Shown here: piece by piece, positions 53,560 through 62,400 of the stretch
How the letters are laid out: every line of letters starts with the position of its first letter
Numbering within the stretch: the first letter of the stretch is position 1
Origin: Octopus bimaculoides
Lineage: Eukaryota
DNA length: 62,400 nt
Direction of reading: 5' to 3'
Assembly (NCBI RefSeq): GCF_001194135.2
Contig: NC_068985.1
Location: 89,292,332 to 89,354,731, forward strand
Made by a program: the position numbers and the translations under genes
The notes under the pieces: model-generated
Seen by the model: the letters and a program-made list of their open reading frames with translations, nothing else
The model's database searches: none
What the model was told of the DNA's origin: nothing

Positions 53560-53711
53560 GACGGGCTTCTTTCAGTTTCCGTCTGCCAAATCCACTCACA
53601 AGTCTTGTGTCGGCCCAAGTCTATAGTAGAAAACACTTGCCTATAGTGCCGGGAAGTGGAAATGATTTCGGAATCATGTGGTGGGGAAGCAAGTTCTAAC
53701 CACACAGCAAC
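53300..53711 (-). mobile_element. CORE-like SINE, full length
   Basis: All segments from tail (GCCATGCTGGAGCAC) to head (AACCACACAGC) are present, with an internal (CA)/(TA)n tract. Confidence 0.85.
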
Positions 53712-54148
53712 GTCTGTTTTCCTGTTTTCTGTTTTTAGTGTCACACTCTTTCGCTTCATATTGGTTTTGAATTTTATTACAAGTCCAGCAGTGTTTGAAG
53801 GAAGAAGGTGAAGTGCGTAAGTCCTATCATAAATTATATCGACTCCACCACTTCACTGGTACTCAAGATATCCCATCCAAAACGATGAACTGCAAGGTCA
53901 AACTCGGCTGAATTGTCGTTAAATATTTCGTTCCATATATAAATCATTTTTCCCACTCGCTGCCATTTATTATATTTTTCTCCCATTTAGTATTAAGACT
54001 TCTAATTCTATAATGTTTTATATTCTCATTATCTCAGTATCTCACAACCTCAATTACACAAATAACTTAAAGCTCTGTCTGTCTGCCTGTCTGTCTCTGT
54101 CTCTGTGTGCCTGTCTCTCTCTCTCTCTCGTTCATGAATGTATGTATG

Positions 54149-54183
<35 letters not shown>

Positions 54184-56534
54184 CTGTGCGTGTGTGTGTG
54201 TGTGTGTATGTGCTTGTGTGTGTGTGTATGTTTGCATTTTATGTATCTATCATGTGTATGTATGTATGTGTGTATTTATACGTACATTTATATATACATA
54301 CATTCAACTAGATATCTCTCTCACTCCTTCTGACTTACGCAATGACTACCTATTTCGCATGTTGCTATGTCTCCCCCTCTCTTAATACTTTTCTCCGTTC
54401 TATTTTCCCCACGCACATCACTCCGACTATATTCTCTACTTTCTACACATCCACTCTCTATAAACTCAATGATTAATGTTTCTCAACCTAAAATCGAGAA
54501 GACTGTAATCATATAACACCTGTTCTTGGAAATGTTTTAATGAAATATTGGAAAATGTGTTGTTTTCTTTTTGTTTTGCTCGTTTATATTTTAAAATCTG
54601 TAATTTTTTTTTTCTTTTCTATCCATTCTCCTATTATCTTAATGAGTTAGCAACAAAGAAGTCGTGTATGACGTTGTTTATTAAATACCCTCTAGGCAAA
54701 AGCTAATACATCTTCTTGGATTTCCTTATATGTAATAGAGCTAAACGCTGAAAAATTAATGATATTAATTGCACTTCTAACTTATGAAACTAATATATAG
54801 AAGAGGAAAAACCTAACAAACCAATGAGTTGAAAAACTATAATCTAGCGAAAATCATTTGGTATCCGACTATTGAATTAACCTCAAGGATTAACGTCGTG
54901 ATATGAAATACAACTATATCAATAATAACAATGACAGCAACAATTATACAAAGTCAGTAACAGCTGCGAAGGAACAAAACGATGAGGATAGAAGCTATTT
55001 TTGTATTTATTTATGTTTTTAGTAACTGATATTGAATTATTATTAAAGAAAGACAAAGAATATTGTTTTAGTTATTGTCTTTTTTTTTCATTCTATTTTT
55101 TGGTATCTTGTACTTACAGCACCGGCTCGAGTATTCTCTGTAGTGTTTTTGGTTTCCTCTTATCAAGACATTTGTTTATTATTAATATTTGTTTGTAATT
55201 TGGAGTTTCTTCCGTTAAGCAAATGCTTGGTCCGCTGCGTTGCTCATATCTTTTCTACAATTTGGATGGAATAAATTTATTAAAAACTTCTGATTCTTTT
55301 TTTTTTTTTTTTTCGGAAACAATATATTCAAAAGACGGAGATGACCTTACCAAACAGCAAACTGGAGGTAAATTCGTTCCTGATTTAGAAAAGCGAAGTT
55401 AATATACTTCTTCTCAGACAATCTTCGTTAGTCTTTGATCACTGAACGAATAATACCTCTCTCTATTTTTACAGATTTCTCTACCATTAACGTGATGAGA
55501 TTGACAGGAGAACTTCCACAGTAGAAACGGGTAAAAGCATGAGATCTCTTACATTACTGTTATCCTGCCTAATCTAGAACATATCTGACGATCACGACAT
55601 ATGATGGACACATGCAAGGAACAGTATTTCTTTCGATATAGATCATGAATAGAGAAGACGAATCTCAAAACCCGGCAGCACTTCATGGCAAGCATAAAGA
55701 GAATTTTGAATTTCATCAATTCGAAGAAGACATGGAAAGAATCAGTTGCTCGTATCTCGGGAAGGCATATTCACCAAAAACAGCGCCATGTTTACCGAGT
55801 AATATAACAGTATAGGATGATAATTGTAAACTTCCACCAAGCTCACTTCTACACAGACAATAATGCGTGTTTGACATAATTATTATAAACTAGGTGTTTA
55901 CATGTTGGGTCAATCCTTCAGCAAAAAAAAAAAAAATATCCTTGTCAAATGACTAGCAAAACATTAGAGATGTCGCCGCCATATCACAGGTCCCTCTATC
56001 ATCAATAATGACCCATAGAACTCTCTGCACAGAGGGTGTTGTTATCATATGCATTGCCCAACCAGTGCAATATCATTTATACACGAAGAGAATGAAAGAC
56101 CAATATCTGAAATAAGGCAAGTCGTACCAGATTTCGTACCAGACCGACTCCAGTTTACGGCACTCCATAAGCAACACTGATCCTACGCTTCACGCACAGA
56201 CTGCCCTTTATCATGTCCAGTTTCCGTAGTGGGTCTTTAAGACTGAGTTTTTACTGCTCGGATTTGACCCAGACCTCTTAATATATTTTGAACTTGAGAC
56301 ATAACTTGTGCTTACATGTGTATACTGTCAGACAAAACAACGATGTCTTATGATATTATTTTTGCTTCGACCTCCAAATCAGAGAACTTTGTACATAGAT
56401 GCAAGCATAACTCTATTTTCCTGCTGCTCAGATAAAACAGAATCGTGGCCATTACACCATTGTTTTCATTAATTTTGCATTGAAAGAGAGAAATATATGA
56501 CTACTTCTTCAACGTGTGGCTGATCTTTCCTTGT

Positions 56535-56901
56535 TTATTGAAATATTTCAGCTTGACTCGCTTTCAGGTGACGCTTCTGTTGTTGCTGTTGTTCCCGCTG
56601 TATCAGATACAGTGATAAACAAATTGATGACAAAAGAGTTAAACGATAGCATTTTTTGTTTCTTAAAAGAAACTAAAAAGAAAAAGAAAAAAATCTTTAA
56701 GATTTTTGCTTCTGTTTTTCAAAAGTCGTCCAACCTGTGGCTTCGCTTTGTCATAATTAATGGTATTGTTGCTATTGTCGCTGTTGCCATTGTTGCCATT
56801 GTTATTATTGCTTTTCGTGATGTTCGTGTTCTTGTTCTTGTTGTCGGTGCTGCTCGAGTTAATCCTGTGGTTGGAAATGTTCGGATTAAAGTTACTAAAA
56901 T
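56535..56901 (-). CDS. Candidate exon pair (56901-56735 and 56597-56535) encoding an Asn/Gln-rich tail
   Basis: Acceptor TTTCTTTTTGACAG|, weak donor CAG|GTTGGA, second acceptor ..CTGATACAG|. The frame DFSNFNPN..KAKPQ|REQQQQQKRHLKASQAEIFQ* is phase-consistent. It could equally be a degenerate trinucleotide repeat. Confidence 0.25.
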
Positions 56902-56981
56902 CTGTCAAAAAGAAATTATCTCACGACTTCGTTGCTTATGTACTGATGTGCGATTAAATTTGACTCTTCTTTGAATGTCTA

Positions 56982-57025
<44 letters not shown>

Positions 57026-57599
57026 TGAGTGAGTGTATATACATGTGTCTTTGTGTCTGTGTATTTGCATGTATGTATGTGAATGAGGATTTGTGTGGTG
57101 AATATCTGTATATGCGTGGATGTGTATTTCAGTGTGTGTGTGTGTGTGGGGGTGTGGGTGTGTGTGTGTGTGTGTGTGTGTGTGTCTGTGTATTCGTGTT
57201 CTCGATGCCGTGTAACTGAATTGATTTTTGAGTAGGAAGTGTATTTCGTTGGCAGCAACACAGCTTCAGTTGAATGGTAAAACAAAATACGAAGTTGACC
57301 AAATATGAAACACATTTCAGTTCCTTTTGATGGCGAAAACTCCATAATATTCTAGAACATCCATATAAGTGGTTATAACATTTCAAACGTCGTCTTAGCT
57401 TTTAAATGAACGACAAAAAACTGATCGCCTAAGCAGTAAATTTGTCGACATAAAATGCAGTTGCATAATTGATAACTGCAGTAACATATCCACCATCAGA
57501 CCACCAGTAACAATATAGGTTCTGTTTTAGAAGAATGAGCAGCAAATTTGAGGGCAAAGAGTATATTTAATATTGAAATGTTACTTCATTTTATCGACT

Positions 57600-58030
57600 C
57601 TGCTCCTAGGATTACGGGAATAATATATCCTAGGTTGGGGATCCTGTCAGTGATGATGTCACGGGAAAAATTACTAGTGGTTGTGCAACCAAAAATTCCC
57701 TAAGTCTTGTCAGTAGTGCTGAAATGTCAAATAAAAATGGAGATGAAAACGCCGTGAATGAGGCTGGAACACCTCCTGAAGATCTCTCGCATGGCGGGTG
57801 CCCCACGGGTGAGCAGCGTGATTTCAGTCTTCATCAAGCAACTGCTAAAAGAAGGTGGGCGATATATAGGAATGTGGTTGTAATGGTGTGCTACTTTCTA
57901 ATGGGTAATCCGAGAAATGGTAATGAAATACTCCCTGGGAGGTATAAGAAAAGAATGCACAAAGGCTGATTTGAATTAAGTGAAGAAAATCTGTATGACG
58001 AAGATAGAGCCATTAGAAAGCTAGAGCCTT
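57600..58030 (+). mobile_element. 5' fragment of an R4/Dong-like non-LTR retrotransposon (N-terminal Myb-like region)
   Basis: AKRRWAIYRNVVVMVCYFL..P../GYKKRMHK..FELSEENLYDEDRAIRK resembles the recalled R4/Dong N-terminal motif KRxKWTxExNxxVMxCYYxSxP..GYRKRM..W..F.xxEQRLxDQxRxI. Confidence 0.55.
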
Positions 58031-58249
58031 AATTTGGTGAACGCATGTTATGACAACACATCGTCTAAGAGGGTGAAGCATTTTGATATAACGTAAAGCA
58101 ACGAAATTTTCATGTTCGAAACTGACAGAACTAAATTAATTTTTGGATTGTTTTGAAACTCATGAAAAGGCCATAGAGCTGTCTAAAGATTTAGAAACGT
58201 TTTGGTTTTTTTTTTGTATTTTTACATATAATTTAGGTCATAAGGCGTC

Positions 58250-58400
58250 GTCCATGCAAAATCGTTAACACGCCGGGCAAAATGTTTAACGGTTCTTCGT
58301 CCGTCTTTACGTTTTGAGTTCAAATTCCGAGCAAGTTTTATTTGCCTTTCATTCTTTCGGGGTTCGATGTCATCAACTTAGCCCCTCACCCGAAATTAAT
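58250..58400 (+). mobile_element. Deu/Nin-like SINE, internally deleted
   Basis: AATCGTTAACACGCCGGGCAAAATG..TTTGAGTTCAAATTCCG..TTTGCCTTTCATTCTTTCGGGG. Confidence 0.75.
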
Positions 58401-59619
58401 TGAAATATATTCTTTCACCCTATTTATTAATAAGCGGATAATTTAGAGTATGCATCAGCATGAATATTAATTATTTAAAGCATCTCGATTTTCATACTTC
58501 GTTTCCAATCTTTTGCAGCTTCCCAATGAAACACTGGTGTAAATTTAGCAGAATGAAAATATCAGCTTGTATAATTCTTAAATACATTCTCCATGATGTA
58601 AGTAAATAACTTTTCTTCAAACTTTTCTATTTTTACTGTGAGGCGACTGACTGAATTATTTCTCAAGAGATTGTTATGACATAAAAGAGGTTTCTTTCAA
58701 CAACTTTAAAAAGACGACAATTACAAGAAACCACAAAGCGCTCTTTAAACAAAAAATGATTAGTTGAATGCAAAGGATGAGAATTTCTTTTTTTCTTTTT
58801 CTTTCTTTTCCAGCCCAGAAGTGTGAAAGGCAATCCTGTCAGCTGCAGGCTGTAAAACGCATGAGTCTAAATCTTGTCTTAATTATTGTGTAAGATTTTG
58901 TGAGCTTCGCCAGTTTTAAACTGTAAAAATACAAACGCAATGTAAAAATACAAACTATAGATGCTATACAAAAGAAATGAAACTACTTCGATATAATCAC
59001 ATTGGTATATTCTGAATTGGAAAATAACCTGTTTTACTTCATTGATTGAGGGAAATAAATAATAATATTATACATCTTTGAATGTTTAATTATGTAAGCT
59101 TATCATTGAAAGGTAAAAAAAAAATCTTATTCAATTAATACGCTCAGTATAATTATAATTAATTTTGAAGTATTATGTATGTTAATTAACAGGAAGTATA
59201 TAGTAATACGCCATGTATACACTGATGCATAACTATATATTACATATATTTTCTTTTACTAAAAGGATATTGTCAAGCATAAAATCGATACGTTATGTTG
59301 GTGTGATACTAAGATAGAATAAATGAAGTATTTTAATTAGTAGATGAATTGCAATTTTATAATAAACTGCAGTAAAAATCATGCTAAAATATTGATTATT
59401 ATATTTATCAAGGATTGGCAATTTAATGTTCTTTTCATTGAAATATACTTCGTTTCAAACGAACATGTCATAAATGATAATTTTAATCAATATGTGTCAT
59501 ACCGTAAATTGAATTCGTTACATATACATGGTAAGTAATCTGAGTTAATGTGAAATACTTTCCTCCGTAGGAACCTAAATTGAACATTAAAATGTAAGTA
59601 GATGTATATCGTTTTCTAT

Positions 59620-59752
59620 TCTTGAAACAAGACCCGAAATGTTTGGAGAGGAGGCCAGTCGATTAGATCGAATTACCAGTAAGCAACTGGTAAATAATTT
59701 ATCGAACCCGAAAGGAAGAAAGGTAAAGTCGACATGGGCAGAATTTGAATTA
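59620..59752 (-). mobile_element. Deu/Nin-like SINE 3' part
   Basis: ACAAGACCCGAAAT..GTCGATTAGATCG..TTTATCGAACCCGAAAGGAAGAAAGGTAAAGTCGAC. Confidence 0.75.
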
Positions 59753-60025
59753 GATGTATATCAACTCAGAAGTAAGCTACTAAACGTTTCCTAAGTCGCA
59801 ATAAAGTGTTTTGTTCGAAAACGGCCGGTCTACGAAACGAACCCACAGTCTAGCCACCACTAGGCCAAATGCTTCCACATCTGTTTTCTCTAAAATATTA
59901 CTAAATACAATGTGATTTAACATCAAACTTAGAATGTGTTTTATATAACTGCTAGTTGAGCACCATGTGTTTCATGTGGATCCTAGATGTCATGAATAAA
60001 AATTCAAAAATAACCAACAAACACA

Positions 60026-60408
60026 AGAATAGCTGTGTGGTAATAAATTTTCTTCTCAACCACAGGGTTTCAAGTTCAGTCCCACTGCGTGTCACCTTCA
60101 GCAAGTGCCTCATAGTATAGCCTCAGGTCCACTAAAGCTTTGTCAACGGATTTGGCATAAGGAAACGGAAAGAAGCACACCGTATATATATGTATATGTA
60201 TTTGTATGTCTACGTTTGTCCCGCCACCATCGCCCAACACCGGTGATGCTGTGTTTACGTCAACATAACGAAGCGGTTCGGTGAAAGACACCGATAGTAT
60301 AAGTACTAAACTTACAAAGAATAAGTTTTGGGGGTCGACGTGTTCGACTAAAGGTGGTGCTCCAACATGACCGCAGTCAAATGACTGAAACAAGTAAATG
60401 AGTAAAAG
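60026..60408 (+). mobile_element. CORE-like SINE, full length
   Basis: GCTGTGTGGTAA..GTTCAGTCCCACTGCGTGTCACCTTCAGCAAGTG..AAGGTGGTGCTCCAACATGACCGCAGTCAAATGACTGAAACAAGTAAA. Confidence 0.85.
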
Positions 60409-60690
60409 TATAACAGAATTTCGAAATATATTTTAGAAGCCCTAATGTTTTAAAACGTAAGTAGACATATTGAAGTGAATATTCTTCGTTTGTCTATTCT
60501 TACGAGGTACACATTTTACAAAGTCATCAACTGGAATCTCAAATAAGTGAGATTTAGCACTAAAGGATATATAAAAGAAATTATGAGACGAGAAAGATCG
60601 GTTTTAGCTTCAAGGGAAGTGAACTAAAGAAACAGAGCTGAAAACAAATTAGTGGAATGGTAGAAAGAGCTGGAATATGAGAATATAATG

Positions 60691-60729
<39 letters not shown>

Positions 60730-60846
60730 TAAGAGTGAAAAAACTACAGAAGGCTTGTGTTACATGGTTAAAGTATATATTTAAATTATGTCAGAAAATG
60801 TTAGAAAATGTTATAAAATCTTTTTGGTATATAAACATTGTATTTT

Positions 60847-60885
60847 GAGAAATAACCGGTTTCGTGTTGTCTTTTCAAATTTCTC
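60847..60885 (-). ncRNA. Degenerate minimal hammerhead-like motif, inverted relative to the adjacent Penelope-like RT
   Basis: Minus strand GAGAAAT TTGAAAA GACAACAC GAAACCGGTT ATTTCTC. A perfect 7-bp stem I encloses a CUGANGA-like heptamer (two transitions) and GAAAC-CG-GUU with the palindrome AACCGGTT. Confidence 0.45.
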
Positions 60886-61574
60886 TACTTCATTGTAACG
60901 TGTTCGCTCCAGTCTGAAAAAGAAGAGTTCTAGATAGGGGGAGGTAATTAGGGATTTCTTCCGGTATAGGGGAGATAATCGAAATCTAGGAGGTGGTAGA
61001 ATTTGATTAATTTACCATNNNNNNNNNNNNNNNNNNNNNNNNNNNNNNNNNNNNNNNNNNNNNNNNNNNNNNNNNNNNNNNNNNNNNNNNNNNNNNNNNN
61101 NNNNNNNNNNNNNNNNNNNNNNNNNNNNNNNNNNNNNNNNNNNNNNNNNNNNNNNNNNNNNNNNNNNNNNNNNNNNNNNNNNNNNNNNNNNNNNNNNNNN
61201 NNNNNNNNNNNNNNNNNNNNNNNNNNNNNNNNNNNNNNNNNNNNNNNNNNNNNNNNNNNNNNNNNNNNNNNNNNNNNNNNNNNNNNNNNNNNNNNNNNNN
61301 NNNNNNNNNNNNNNNNNNNNNNNNNNNNNNNNNNNNNNNNNNNNNNNNNNNNNNNNNNNNNNNNNNNNNNNNNNNNNNNNNNNNNNNNNNNNNNNNNNNN
61401 NNNNNNNNNNNNNNNNNNNNNNNNNNNNNNNNNNNNNNNNNNNNNNNNNNNNNNNNNNNNNNNNNNNNNNNNNNNNNNNNNNNNNNNNNNNNNNNNNNNN
61501 NNNNNNNNNNNNNNNNNNNNNNNNNNNNNNNNNNNNNNNNNNNNNNNNNNNNNNNNNNNNNNNNNNNNNNNNNN

Positions 61575-62400
61575 CACTAGGGCAGCTCCAGTCATTGCGA
61601 ACCTAACAATGGGTTACTTGGAAATAATAATATACCAGGAATCTTTATCCACCTTTGGAAACACCCTTTCCCAATACATAAAAGAAAATTGGAAAAGGTT
61701 CCTGGATTACTGTTTCATACTCTGGAATGAAAACACAGATGAACTCTTGAAATTCAAAAGTCTATTGAACAGTGTCAACCCAAACATACAGTTCACAATG
61801 GAGTACAACCAAAAGGAGCTCACATTCTTGGATATATTAATTAAAAAAGTAAACCTAAAAATAGAAACGGACATATTTTACAAAACCACAGACGCCAAAC
61901 AATGTCTACTATATGATTCATGACACCCAAGACAGACCAAGACAAACATCCCCTTCAACCTTGCAAGAAGGATATGCACAATAGTCTCAGAACAAAATAC
62001 TAGAGACTACAGACTACAAAAATTCAAAAACACACTAATTGACAGACACTACCCAGTTCAACTCATATAGGATGGAATCAGACGTGCATCACAAATTAAC
62101 ATAGAAAACCTCAGAAAAGTTAAACACAGCAACACACATTCCCCGAAAATACTGCCGTACATATCCACATACAACCCCAGAAACAAAGAAGCCTTCACCA
62201 TCATCACCCAAAACATACCAATGCTACATAAGGACCCCAAATTAAAGGAAATTTTACACACACAAAATCATCAAAAGCCACAAACAACCAAAATCACTGA
62301 AAAAGATCCTCACAAAGGCAAAATTATTTTCCGAAACAACAGATGCGAAAGTAAAAAAATGTAGTCGACCAAATTGTACAACATGCCCAAACATTCTAGA
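61575..62400 (+). mobile_element. Defective Penelope-like retroelement (Neptune-type) RT C-terminal half, thumb and linker
   Basis: TRAAPVIANLTMGYLE, WKRFLDY (RxxDD with D>Y), NIQFTME, LTFLD, TDIFYKTTD, S*HP..NIPFNLARRIC, KQPKSLKKIL and CSRPNCTTC. It has TGA and TAG stops and one frameshift, and is truncated by a gap and the window end before the expected GIY-YIG domain. Confidence 0.9.

Noticed and set aside
55560-55880. Moderately GC-rich segment with sub-60-aa ORFs and nearby splice-like sites (55330-55560)
   Set aside because: No phase-consistent model; more likely a very old RTE-type RT remnant, which I cannot demonstrate.
56516-56974. 152-aa plus-strand ORF with a hydrophobic stretch
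   Set aside because: It is the antisense shadow of the AAC/AAT-rich minus-strand segment.
61921-61923. In-frame TGA at a usual Cys position (S*HP) in the PLE RT, suggestive of selenocysteine as in Naiad PLEs
   Set aside because: The same copy has a TAG stop, a frameshift and a catalytic D>Y change, and its layout is Neptune-like. Simple decay explains it.

Overview
AT-rich, microsatellite-dense animal genomic DNA with about 20 N-gaps, most flanked by (TA)n or other simple repeats, which is typical of a short-read assembly. The SINE families point to an octopus/cephalopod genome (inference from recalled family motifs, not a database search). No intact, recognisable host gene is visible, and almost all ORFs in the supplied track are microsatellite or N-run artefacts. 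Supported content: decayed mariner and maT/Tc1-like DNA transposons, many copies of two tRNA-headed SINE families (CORE-like and Deu/Nin-like), fragments of an R4/Dong-like non-LTR element, and a defective Penelope-like (Neptune-type) reverse transcriptase at the right end. The most interesting signal is a third short repeat family present at four loci (2849-3235, 18631-19211, 23339-23456, 45525-45998). Its unit is a tRNA-like Pol III head, an internal (AAT)n, a Penelope-type minimal hammerhead ribozyme motif (GACAC-CTGATGA-A-GGCTG-loop-CAGCC-GAAAC-GTT-GTGTT) and a hairpin tail. Every locus is a head-to-head inverted pair with a different junction. One pair splits a mariner ORF as a single insertion with an apparent 4-bp target duplication. 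I propose it is a hammerhead-bearing SINE/retrozyme-like element mobilised by Penelope-like elements; this is a hypothesis. A weak chain of candidate small exons on the + strand (471-11161) is also noted.
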